Positions 53,341-61,592 of a DNA stretch of 63,074 nt are shown here, piece after piece. Within the stretch, counting starts at the first letter, position 1, and the number at the start of each line of letters is the position of its first letter. Source of the stretch: Candidatus Njordarchaeota archaeon (lineage in GTDB: Archaea; Asgardarchaeota; Njordarchaeia; Njordarchaeales; Panguiarchaeaceae). The stretch spans positions 1 through 63,074 of the forward strand of contig JAUQYS020000333.1 in NCBI GenBank assembly GCA_030587585.2, written 5' to 3'. The notes beneath the pieces are model-generated. The model made no database searches. It saw nothing but the letters and a program-made list of their open reading frames with translations, and was not told the DNA's origin. The position numbers were made by a program, and so were the translations under genes.

Positions 53341-53997
53341 CTATTCTTGCCACACCAAAAAGACAAAAACCCTCGTTTTAGATATCTCGTTTCTATATTT
53401 ATTTTCAAGTTCTTCTATCTTGTTGATGATTCTGCGGCATAGAGATTCTTCAGAAGTGAAGCCAAAGCAGATGTAGGCCTCATCATAGTCATAATAGGCA
53501 GAAATATACCATCTACCACAAAAAGACCGTACATCATAGCTCCAGTATAAAGAGTACTCAGGAATTCCATAACCCGGCTCATTGCTGATTTGCGCTTCTG
53601 GGATCCTTAAACCTAAAGAAGATTCTATCCTCGCCTTGGCGTGATGCAATACTAACTCAACTACTTTTTCGCCAAGACTTGTACGCCAAAGATCGCTCAA
53701 TATCTCGTCCCAAACTTCTCGAGCCTCAGCAGTCAGGATATCTTCTGGGTCTTCAAGAGCGGTAAATTCAAAAGCTTTTATTGCCAGCAGTATTGTTCTC
53801 TTTATCTCCAACCTACATGCGTCAAAATCTACTGAATCCTCAAAAATATCTAGCAATCCTCTGGCTATTTCTTTTCTCGCCTCTTTCTCATATTTTGCTC
53901 TCGCATTAGGCATATCGACAAGAAATGCAGCATATCTAAGCTCGCAGATTTTTCCTTCCTCAAGAAAATATAATATATCTTTAACTATTTCTCTCAT
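53341..53997 (-). CDS. hypothetical protein (218 aa)
   Basis: Trimmed to MREIVKD; cassette 54003-54024. Confidence 0.6.
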   Translation of the reverse strand: MREIVKDILYFLEEGKICELRYAAFLVDMPNARAKYEKEARKEIARGLLDIFEDSVDFDACRLEIKRTILLAIKAFEFTALEDPEDILTAEAREVWDEILSDLWRTSLGEKVVELVLHHAKARIESSLGLRIPEAQISNEPGYGIPEYSLYWSYDVRSFCGRWYISAYYDYDEAYICFGFTSEESLCRRIINKIEELENKYRNEISKTRVFVFLVWQE

Positions 53998-54037
53998 CCG
54001 TGTCACCGTATATAGCGAAAAAAAGTAAAACAAAAAA

Positions 54038-54619
54038 TCAGAACACGAGAACCTTCGTATATATCTGCGAGGAGAAATCTATAACACATATCATATACTT
54101 TGGGGCCGCTTTCTCAACTATATCTCGAACAAAAACAATTCCTCTTGTTGGTGTCCCCTCAAGAACAAAAATATGCATGTCTTTTGGCTTCATAGTATAA
54201 CTATCCTGATACGATATCTTTAGATCAGTCTTCTTTATCCGCTCCAAGAAATCTCTCCGATTACTAAAAAGCAAAACATGAATCAAAACACCCAAATATG
54301 CCAGTCTCTCAACAGGAATAGTCTCTTTTTTCGAAACAAACGCCACACGAGGAACTGGACACTTCTTAGACTTAAATATTTCTATCGAAGAGATTTCATA
54401 CTCATCAATTATCGTCTTTAGTTCTTCGAGAACACCAGAAAGAAGAATATTCTCATCCTCTCTGCCGCTATATTGTAACAACTTATTAAATAACACAACA
54501 GCCATATCTCCGGCCGATTTAGTTTCATAAACCTCTGATCCTGATGCACCTTCTTCATCCAAAACTACATATTTAACAGTACGGGACACAACACCAGCAA
54601 TTTCATTCTCCTTTTCCAT
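54038..54619 (-). CDS. hypothetical protein (193 aa)
   Basis: Trimmed to MEKENEI after GGTGA, removing the overlap with 54654-55019. Confidence 0.6.
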   Translation of the reverse strand: MEKENEIAGVVSRTVKYVVLDEEGASGSEVYETKSAGDMAVVLFNKLLQYSGREDENILLSGVLEELKTIIDEYEISSIEIFKSKKCPVPRVAFVSKKETIPVERLAYLGVLIHVLLFSNRRDFLERIKKTDLKISYQDSYTMKPKDMHIFVLEGTPTRGIVFVRDIVEKAAPKYMICVIDFSSQIYTKVLVF

Positions 54620-54653
54620 CCGACTCACCATAAAAACCCAAAAAAATAGAATT

Positions 54654-55019
54654 TTATTTCCCAGAAAATTTACTATTTTTATCCCAAAATACAGATAGAG
54701 GCAATAAGCCATCAGTTGTTTCGCCCCAAGCTTTATATTCGTTTTCTCGGGCCTCTTCTTCGCAACAACCAGCCACTTCGCCAAGTATCTCCCTAACTTT
54801 TTCTAGGGGCCTGATATATTTGTTAAATATTATGCAATTCTCGCAATCATAGTCCCAAAATTCACCTCTAGCCTCCATTGCTTCTTGTATTTCCCCACAA
54901 TGACAAAAATCCTTGCTTATATCGCTCAATAGCTTATCTATTGCATCTATGATACTGTCCAAGAGCTTAGCTCTATCTCTCCATTTTCTAGCCCTCTTGA
55001 TATATATATGTTCACTCAT
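54654..55019 (-). CDS. small Cys-rich protein (121 aa)
   Basis: FCHCGE...DCENCIIF cluster. Confidence 0.55.
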   Translation of the reverse strand: MSEHIYIKRARKWRDRAKLLDSIIDAIDKLLSDISKDFCHCGEIQEAMEARGEFWDYDCENCIIFNKYIRPLEKVREILGEVAGCCEEEARENEYKAWGETTDGLLPLSVFWDKNSKFSGK

Positions 55020-55305
55020 CTTCGCTCACCTCTTTTAACATTTTTATAAACCATTCTGTGTCTAGTCCTACAATAAAGTCATCATCAACTCTATGCAATG
55101 TACCCAGAAATTTTATGTTATGATTCTTCTCTGATAACTTCCGCAATAAATTTTTAGCTGCCTCGTAATCAATACCTATCTTTTCCGCTACCCTGAATAA
55201 TGGATAATAACCAACAATATGACGGCCTGAGATTACATATTCAAAAAGTCCGTCTTCCTTGAGCAACTCTGCAAATGCTAAAACTACTTTTTTCTCCTCA
55301 CCCAT
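55012..55305 (-). CDS. hypothetical protein (97 aa)
   Basis: ORF overlapping neighbours by 8 nt. Confidence 0.55.
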   Translation of the reverse strand: MGEEKKVVLAFAELLKEDGLFEYVISGRHIVGYYPLFRVAEKIGIDYEAAKNLLRKLSEKNHNIKFLGTLHRVDDDFIVGLDTEWFIKMLKEVSEDE

Positions 55306-55660
55306 CTCCGTTCACCTCTGACTCATCCGAAAATTGTGGAATCTTCATTAGTGCGTCTGAGAATAGACGTATTAATCTTAGTAGCTGTTCCTCGTCGGGA
55401 TATTCTGTCAGATCATCCCAAAAAGAAAAATCAGATATTACAATTTCCGCAATGTTGATGTGGTAGTTTATATCGGGATTATCAAAAAACAGCAACAATC
55501 TAATATCGCAATTCTTTAGTACCTCGGCAACAACAAAAAACTTATTATCCCTACTGTCAATCATATACATATCAACATTATACATCTTCCTAATCCAAAA
55601 ACAAGTTTTAAAGTGTTTCGCCAATATGGCCCTAACCTTATCACATTCATTGTCATCCAT
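55298..55660 (-). CDS. hypothetical protein (120 aa)
   Basis: Trimmed to MDDNECD after GGTGGGTGA. Confidence 0.55.
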   Translation of the reverse strand: MDDNECDKVRAILAKHFKTCFWIRKMYNVDMYMIDSRDNKFFVVAEVLKNCDIRLLLFFDNPDINYHINIAEIVISDFSFWDDLTEYPDEEQLLRLIRLFSDALMKIPQFSDESEVNGDG

Positions 55661-55691
55661 ATTCACCCACCACAGATATATCTGAAAAAAA

Positions 55692-55892
55692 TTATATTTC
55701 AGCAAGCTTAGACTCAATGCACTCCTTGATAAACTCCAATTCTTCTTTTACCCAGTCTTCAGATTCTTCAGTCAATAACTCTTCTACCTCATCTAATAAA
55801 TCCAAAAGTAAAGATCTTCTCTCGAACTTATATCCCTTCCCAATGTCTTCGAGCCTTCTTTTTAAGGAATTAATCATCTCGATCTTTTTCAT
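55692..55892 (-). CDS. acidic helical protein (66 aa)
   Basis: ATGA overlap with the upstream stop. Confidence 0.5.
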   Translation of the reverse strand: MKKIEMINSLKRRLEDIGKGYKFERRSLLLDLLDEVEELLTEESEDWVKEELEFIKECIESKLAEI

Positions 55893-56482
55893 TTTGTCCA
55901 CCCAAATTCTTTTGGAATATTCTTTATTTTCTTGCTTTTTGACTTATTGGCAAGAGTTTTGAAAATTTCTATAAAATGTTCTTTCAAAGCTGGGTGTACC
56001 TTCTCTGCAAGACTTAAAACCTTAGATATACACTCTTTGAGTGTTTCAATACTGGTAACATAGGCAAAATAGTCAAAGTCCTTAAAAAGCCAAGACGAAC
56101 GAACTATCCAGTCGCCCGCAAGCATGCAATAAGCCTCTAGCTTTGGTGAAAGATCCATACCCGTGCCTCCAAGCGCTAAATAGAAATCATCGCCATACCA
56201 GAAAGGTATCAGGCCACATTTAATGGCTATAATTTTATCTGGCACATGTGGCTGAAACCATGTACAATGCAACATAATCCCCTTAAGCGCCTCTTCTCTT
56301 GCATCATCCATATCTCCATCTTCCTCATCAGCAAAACTGTTCAGAACACATTCTGGAATCTCGATACTGTCAATATCTATTTCTTCCAGACAAATATTTT
56401 TCTTCTCAAAGAATCCATCAATATTATTGGTAATATATTTTATGGCCCTAAAAATAGCATCAACAATTTCCTTTTTCTCCAT
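55889..56482 (-). CDS. hypothetical protein (197 aa)
   Basis: ORF; cassette 56489-56510. Confidence 0.6.
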   Translation of the reverse strand: MEKKEIVDAIFRAIKYITNNIDGFFEKKNICLEEIDIDSIEIPECVLNSFADEEDGDMDDAREEALKGIMLHCTWFQPHVPDKIIAIKCGLIPFWYGDDFYLALGGTGMDLSPKLEAYCMLAGDWIVRSSWLFKDFDYFAYVTSIETLKECISKVLSLAEKVHPALKEHFIEIFKTLANKSKSKKIKNIPKEFGWTK

Positions 56483-56488
56483 TTGGAT

Positions 56489-56510
56489 TCACCACTTATT
56501 AGCGAAAAAA
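56489..56510 (-). promoter_or_regulatory. intergenic cassette copy (TTTTTTCGCTAATAAGTGGTGA)
   Basis: Upstream of ATG 56482. Confidence 0.65.
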
Positions 56511-56512
56511 TT

Positions 56513-56866
56513 TTACCACGTATACACAACAATAAATCCACAGGATACCCATACCAACAATTGCCATAACCAGCCCTCCATAATCCTCCATTCATGTTTG
56601 CTCAGTTCTTCTTGGGACTCTTCTAATGAGATATCCATCCTCGAAGCAACAATAAGTGGTTTAATCAGCGGCACCAGTATGTGTTTAATCAAGTTCTGTT
56701 TCTGATTCATAACTTTATCATAAGGAATCCCTTCCTCAGCGGCGTCTTCAATGGACTCAACAACGGGGATATACTCATTTATATCCTTTCCAAGAACACG
56801 ATTAATTATTTCAGCATAGCGACTAAATGAATTGAATAAGCCATCATTATCACCATGTAGGTACAT
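56513..56866 (-). CDS. hypothetical protein (117 aa), start codon inside the palindrome
   Basis: Trimmed to MYLHGDND; ATG 56864-56866 lies within CATGTAGGTACATA; no SD. Confidence 0.5.
   Translation of the reverse strand: MYLHGDNDGLFNSFSRYAEIINRVLGKDINEYIPVVESIEDAAEEGIPYDKVMNQKQNLIKHILVPLIKPLIVASRMDISLEESQEELSKHEWRIMEGWLWQLLVWVSCGFIVVYTW
56853..56866. promoter_or_regulatory. 14-bp palindrome variant CATGTAGGTACATA
   Basis: 13 of 14 match to the consensus, 5 nt after the stop of 56871-57239. Confidence 0.5.
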
Positions 56867-56870
56867 AGTT

Positions 56871-57239
56871 CTATTCGTTCGCATTCTGCATCATCAAAAT
56901 TGTCCATTTGAGCGAATCAACCGTTTCGGCTATTTCCTCTAGAAGCCTTTTTATTTCTTCTGCTTTTCCAATTATTCCGTCTATTGCTTCTTTTTCTGCC
57001 GATTTGTTTTTCAGTCCAGCTACTAGGTCAAGTATGCTTACTGATTGTTGGCCGAATAGATCATTATGTAGTTCTTTTGGAATAACTAAGATACGGCCAC
57101 CGACATAGATTCTTATGATCGAATCATCAAATTTTTTGAGAAAATCGTTCAATGCTTTGTCGGGATCTTGATCTTCCTCAAGAACAAGTTTTTCTCTTTT
57201 CACAACACCCAATATTTCTACGATTATTTCCCTTTTCAT
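56871..57239 (-). CDS. hypothetical protein (122 aa)
   Basis: Trimmed 12 nt; cassette-like 57245-57268. Confidence 0.55.
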   Translation of the reverse strand: MKREIIVEILGVVKREKLVLEEDQDPDKALNDFLKKFDDSIIRIYVGGRILVIPKELHNDLFGQQSVSILDLVAGLKNKSAEKEAIDGIIGKAEEIKRLLEEIAETVDSLKWTILMMQNANE

Positions 57240-57272
57240 ACGGACCACCAAAAATAAACTGAAAAAAATGAA

Positions 57273-58403
57273 TTATAGTAATATGTTTTCTTGTCTTAGT
57301 GTTTCCCTAAATTCGTAGAAGAATTCCGACAAAAATTTCTTTCTCTTCGATTGTCTGCGTATCCATCTGTACAGGAAAGAATATTTTTGAAGATGCCTAT
57401 TCAAAGCTACTGCGATCCTATGGGGCTGTCTCCCGAGAAAAAGTCCAGCTTCGTAAAGCGTTCTTGTTCTAAGAAAAGTTAAAAGCATCAATGTATCAGG
57501 ATTCTTTGCTATATGCTCAATATTTACTTCTGATAGCGAGTACTGCAGAAAATATTTCACAAAATTTGCGAATATTTTTTTTCGTACATCAAGAACTTTT
57601 TCTTTAACACTACTGAGATCCGATAATGTAATGGGCATATATGCTCGGCCATTTCTTCTTGTTAAAGCCGGTAGTGATAGTGTCCAGCCAAGAAAGCGTC
57701 TGATAATAGGTATATACGACTGCTGTAATGGCTTCTTATTTTTAGCATCATATATCATCTCGATTATTTCTGTAATTCTAACAAAGATATCCAGGGAAAC
57801 ACTGTCTATTAGCGGACACTTCATCCTACTTTGAGGAAATGCTTTGCTGAAAGCCATAAATAGCTCAGAGAAAAGCGTAGCCAAGCGCCAGAGATCTGCA
57901 CTTTTTTTCGCCGCCAAGTTTTTATAAATAAAAACCCTGAAAACATCATCCATACATAAAAATAAGTGCCTATAACCAAGCATAGATGTTATTCCGTCTT
58001 GGATCATCTCATAAAGAGAACGACAACCGATTATTTTTTTATAGCCCCATCGCTTTCTAACAAACCCAACAGCCCGCATATACAGCAAAGCAATAAAAAT
58101 AGCCTGAAGAAGAGGAACTGATACGTAACATTCTTTGGCAAACCCTCGTAATTCTAATATCTGAACAGGAGAAAAACATATCGCATATCTATTTTTCTCA
58201 TAGGCGTTATTAAGAATTTTACCTAACGGTTCCCAAACACCCTTCTCTCTAAATACAAGATATTCACTCATAAACTGTGCTACATGCCAAGCATATCTCT
58301 CAAACGGAAACGGAGCACGTGCAGCTATATCCAATAACCGTCCTTCAGAATCAGGAGAATTTTTTCGCCAGAAAGAAAAATATTTGCCAAAACGATACAT
58401 CAT
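57273..58403 (-). CDS. hypothetical protein (376 aa)
   Basis: Long ORF; cassette 58407-58430. Confidence 0.65.
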   Translation of the reverse strand: MMYRFGKYFSFWRKNSPDSEGRLLDIAARAPFPFERYAWHVAQFMSEYLVFREKGVWEPLGKILNNAYEKNRYAICFSPVQILELRGFAKECYVSVPLLQAIFIALLYMRAVGFVRKRWGYKKIIGCRSLYEMIQDGITSMLGYRHLFLCMDDVFRVFIYKNLAAKKSADLWRLATLFSELFMAFSKAFPQSRMKCPLIDSVSLDIFVRITEIIEMIYDAKNKKPLQQSYIPIIRRFLGWTLSLPALTRRNGRAYMPITLSDLSSVKEKVLDVRKKIFANFVKYFLQYSLSEVNIEHIAKNPDTLMLLTFLRTRTLYEAGLFLGRQPHRIAVALNRHLQKYSFLYRWIRRQSKRKKFLSEFFYEFRETLRQENILL

Positions 58404-58406
58404 TTC

Positions 58407-58430
58407 TCACCACCTATTGACGAAAAAAAA
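58407..58430 (-). promoter_or_regulatory. intergenic cassette copy (TTTTTTTTCGTCAATAGGTGGTGA), last copy before the 58.4-62.9 kb operon
   Basis: Upstream of ATG 58403. Confidence 0.65.
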
Positions 58431-58438
58431 GGATTATT

Positions 58439-58756
58439 TTATCTAATTTTTTTCAAAATCTTCACAAAAACCGATCGGTAAACATCCCAACAACATTTTT
58501 CTCTTTCCTCTACCTCATCAAACAGTCTATGAATCTTTTCCCAGATCTCGTATGGCAAAGATTCGACACCAAGTATGCTCGCTACTTTCTTTCTCAAATC
58601 ATAATCATCATTAGCCAAAACCATAAGAACAACCACAATAGATCTGTATACCTCGGCAAGAAACTCTTTTAACTCCCGATTATTGTATGAAGACCCCAAT
58701 ATTGCGAGCCAGGTAATAAAGAAGAAAAAATAAAGCACACTATCCTCCACATTCAT
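58439..58756 (-). CDS. hypothetical protein (105 aa)
   Basis: ORF at the distal end of the coupled operon. Confidence 0.55.
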   Translation of the reverse strand: MNVEDSVLYFFFFITWLAILGSSYNNRELKEFLAEVYRSIVVVLMVLANDDYDLRKKVASILGVESLPYEIWEKIHRLFDEVEEREKCCWDVYRSVFVKILKKIR

Positions 58757-58761
58757 CGCCT

Positions 58762-58956
58762 CTAAGATGATTCTAAATCACGCATAAGCCATTCATAATC
58801 ATCCAATGGTTCTTCGTATTCTTCATCGTTCTCAAATATGCATTCTTGACAATCCATCGCTGCACAATGGCAAACAGGACAAACAAAATCACATTCAATT
58901 GGGCACCAAACCAACTGTGCCCCACATTTCTTGCATCTAAATTTGTCCATCTTCAT
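58762..58956 (-). CDS. zinc-ribbon protein (64 aa)
   Basis: CKKCG...CPVCHC...CQEC cysteine pairs, acidic tail. Confidence 0.6.
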   Translation of the reverse strand: MKMDKFRCKKCGAQLVWCPIECDFVCPVCHCAAMDCQECIFENDEEYEEPLDDYEWLMRDLESS

Positions 58957-58957
58957 C

Positions 58958-59140
58958 CTACTCACTACTTTTTATTATTTCTCCAATAATCACAAGCAGA
59001 TAAGCAAGCCAGAAAATGGACCCAATTAGTTGTGCATCTTCGACAGATACTTTTTGCTGCAGTATCACCATTGCTAGGACAAACACAATGCAAGAAGCCA
59101 TAATCAACATACCACCCATCAATCTTTTGGAATCACTCAT
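58958..59140 (-). CDS. small membrane protein (60 aa)
   Basis: Trimmed to MSDSKRL after GGTGATGAGG; 2 TM. Confidence 0.45.
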   Translation of the reverse strand: MSDSKRLMGGMLIMASCIVFVLAMVILQQKVSVEDAQLIGSIFWLAYLLVIIGEIIKSSE

Positions 59141-59354
59141 CCTCATCACCAACATATAAAATAACCAGAGACCTATACAAAAGTGCAGCAAAATCTATTG
59201 AATTAAGCAACAGATCTATTATTTTTCTTAGAACCTCTCTCGCCTTTATCGAATCATCCTCAGAAATTGTCTTACTGAACTCCCGTTTGCTTTTCTCTAA
59301 CTCCTCAATTATATGGTCTAAATGCTTGACATATTTTTGAATAATTTCATGCAT
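59133..59354 (-). CDS. hypothetical protein (73 aa)
   Basis: Overlapping starts and stops with neighbours. Confidence 0.5.
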   Translation of the reverse strand: MHEIIQKYVKHLDHIIEELEKSKREFSKTISEDDSIKAREVLRKIIDLLLNSIDFAALLYRSLVILYVGDEDE

Positions 59355-59601
59355 GTTGCTTCACCTTCACCTCAAAATAATTATTTTTTACTGTCTCTCT
59401 CGCATTTTCTATTTTTGAGACTGCCGTGCGAATATCTGGTTCTATTCTCTTAAAAATACAGCAGTCCGAACAGAAAACGTTGCAGTAGTAACTAAAATTT
59501 CTTTTTGTGCATGTTACGCATCTCTCAGCTATGTCAAGCAAAATACTTTGCAGAAGATTAATACATTGCTCCATTTTCTCCAAAAGTTCTTTCTTATTCA
59601 T
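59347..59601 (-). CDS. small Cys-rich protein (84 aa)
   Basis: Trimmed to MNKKELLEK after GAGGTG; CVTC...CNVFCSDCCIF. Confidence 0.5.
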   Translation of the reverse strand: MNKKELLEKMEQCINLLQSILLDIAERCVTCTKRNFSYYCNVFCSDCCIFKRIEPDIRTAVSKIENARETVKNNYFEVKVKQHA

Positions 59602-60133
59602 TTTTCTGCACCTCAAACTGAAGAAAAACCTCAACAAAAGCCGTCGCTTTATTGTCCTCTACCTCAATAATAGGACCAGCCTCCATACAGACAAGAAGAA
59701 AACCCGTCTGTCTATACAACAAATCCAGATGATATATCAACTTGATCAAATCCACGGGGCTTTCGCTTCTGAACAACACTACTAGCTCGTCGGGATCTAC
59801 TGACTCTATCTCGACATAGTCATACAACTTCTTTATTACATTCACAACCATATCCAAAAATTTTTTATCTGTCGGTTTCTTTTCGGCCCTCATATTCTCA
59901 CCATGCTTACCAAAAAAAGCACAATTTTGCATGAAAAAAGTATACGCACCAACAAACACTTTTGCGATCTCTTTTAGCTTCTTTCGGTCATTATCATCAA
60001 TAAACCAACCGTCCTCAATCCCAACGTAGCTCCGAATAATTCGATCTAAATCACATAATGCCTTGCCAAGACGAGAAAGCAAATCTATGTAGGTACATAC
60101 TTCTTTTCTATATTTCGGATTATTGACCATCAT
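59594..60133 (-). CDS. hypothetical protein (179 aa)
   Basis: ATGA overlap upstream; contains palindrome 60086-60099. Confidence 0.6.
   Translation of the reverse strand: MMVNNPKYRKEVCTYIDLLSRLGKALCDLDRIIRSYVGIEDGWFIDDNDRKKLKEIAKVFVGAYTFFMQNCAFFGKHGENMRAEKKPTDKKFLDMVVNVIKKLYDYVEIESVDPDELVVLFRSESPVDLIKLIYHLDLLYRQTGFLLVCMEAGPIIEVEDNKATAFVEVFLQFEVQKNE
60086..60099. promoter_or_regulatory. 14-bp palindrome TATGTAGGTACATA (intragenic)
   Basis: Exact copy near the 5' end of 59594-60133. Confidence 0.5.
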
Positions 60134-60837
60134 CTCAATCTCACCTTCAAAATCGCCTTCGGCCTCTTCTTTTTTGTTTTTGGATCGTCACGAAAAGGAA
60201 ACTCCAAAAAATATGAATCTATACGCATGTATTCTCGCTCCTTGAATATTTTTATCTCCTCTCTTATGCTGTCAATAAATCTGCTTGGCGATAAAAAATC
60301 ATGCAAAAACGCCGTGCCATCACCCATTCCGAACTTGAAATTCACAGAAAAATGACAAAAATACATCTCGCTTAAGAACAGCCTATTGAGCCATCTTCTT
60401 GTTCCTTTCGTATAGTCTATGCCTCCCTCCGTCAGCTCCAGCCAAAACCTCAGCTTTTCGACTATTTCCTCTAAGTATCTGATTGTTCTCTCTTTTGCTT
60501 GAATTATAGCTGTTCGGATCTGTTCAATATTGGACTCAGGCGAAAAAAGATTTATTGTTCCTATTATTTGCTCGATATCTTTTATCGTACGTTTGAATTC
60601 TCGATCGTACGTCGGATTAGTATATATGTATGACCGCAAGATATTCTGAGCGAGACGAAGAGCTTTTCTATACAGAAACAGAATAAGGCCAAGCCGCTGA
60701 AGATCCCAATACACCGCACCTCTTCGTTCATATTCATAAACAATATACCTCGCCGCATGCCGATCCTCCTTTTTCGATAAATCAAAAACAATATCAAGCC
60801 AATCATGATCAAAATCAGGCCCATACACATCTATCAC
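60130..60837 (-). CDS. hypothetical protein (235 aa, GTG start)
   Basis: GTGA overlap with the upstream stop. Confidence 0.6.
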   Translation of the reverse strand: MIDVYGPDFDHDWLDIVFDLSKKEDRHAARYIVYEYERRGAVYWDLQRLGLILFLYRKALRLAQNILRSYIYTNPTYDREFKRTIKDIEQIIGTINLFSPESNIEQIRTAIIQAKERTIRYLEEIVEKLRFWLELTEGGIDYTKGTRRWLNRLFLSEMYFCHFSVNFKFGMGDGTAFLHDFLSPSRFIDSIREEIKIFKEREYMRIDSYFLEFPFRDDPKTKKKRPKAILKVRLR

Positions 60838-61058
60838 CCAACAACTTCTACTTCTACTCCCTTGTCCCGCAATTTTTTTACAAGATCATCAACCTTGCTC
60901 TTTTCGATAATTATTGTACCCATATCATACATCTCACCATCCCTATCCATTACGACGACAACAGCATTAAACAACAAAACTTTTTTTGCGGATGCTTCTT
61001 TTTGTGAAAAAAGAATAGTCTCAACGGCAAGATCAACAAGATCACTACCCTTCGCCAC
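60834..61058 (-). CDS. hypothetical protein (74 aa, GTG start)
   Basis: GGGTGAT SD 5 nt before the GTG. Confidence 0.5.
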   Translation of the reverse strand: MAKGSDLVDLAVETILFSQKEASAKKVLLFNAVVVVMDRDGEMYDMGTIIIEKSKVDDLVKKLRDKGVEVEVVG

Positions 61059-61276
61059 TATTCATCACCCTTCTTTTTTCTGAATTTTACGGCCGAATTC
61101 CTAAACTTTGTGTACTGCATAACAAAAAAACGAACAGCAAACCTCACACACTCAGACCTATTCATAAATTCCCCTTTCTCAACAAGACCATCAATAGTCT
61201 CTATGAGAAAATCCGGCAAATATATCGCTACTTTCCTCATGTGCCAAAAATTATTATTCTCATCCCCCACATCCAT
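61058..61276 (-). CDS. ribbon-helix-helix regulator (72 aa)
   Basis: RKVAIYLPDFLIETIDGLVEKGEFMNRSECVRFAVRFFV; TGATG coupling to the upstream gene. Confidence 0.7.
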   Translation of the reverse strand: MDVGDENNNFWHMRKVAIYLPDFLIETIDGLVEKGEFMNRSECVRFAVRFFVMQYTKFRNSAVKFRKKKGDE

Positions 61277-61581
61277 CACCTCCTCGACATCGAGAAATAT
61301 ATTGCAAAACCATTCGTAGTCCACGCAATATGCTCTATCTTGAAGCCATACCGCTGTATAATCTCCTTCGCTGTAGACATAGACTCCTCACTACAATACA
61401 AAAACCTAACCGAATAAAGAACGCAGTTCTCCTCAACACCAAGTATCTTTTTTACTGCACTCGAACCAACAAGCTTAATCCGCAGATAGCACGGAATCTT
61501 CCTCTCTAATTCCTCCCCCAGCTTATCAATGAGATTACTAACAAACCAATAAAAAGACGGCGAAACACTATCCACCTCCAT
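61276..61581 (-). CDS. hypothetical protein (101 aa)
   Basis: Trimmed to MEVDSVS after AGGTGA. Confidence 0.5.
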   Translation of the reverse strand: MEVDSVSPSFYWFVSNLIDKLGEELERKIPCYLRIKLVGSSAVKKILGVEENCVLYSVRFLYCSEESMSTAKEIIQRYGFKIEHIAWTTNGFAIYFSMSRR

Positions 61582-61592
61582 ACACATCACCT

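Noticed and set aside
27139-58430. Repeated cassette as a CRISPR-like array
   Set aside because: Spacing equals gene lengths (0.2-1.7 kb) and is irregular. The repeats are degenerate and always abut start codons.
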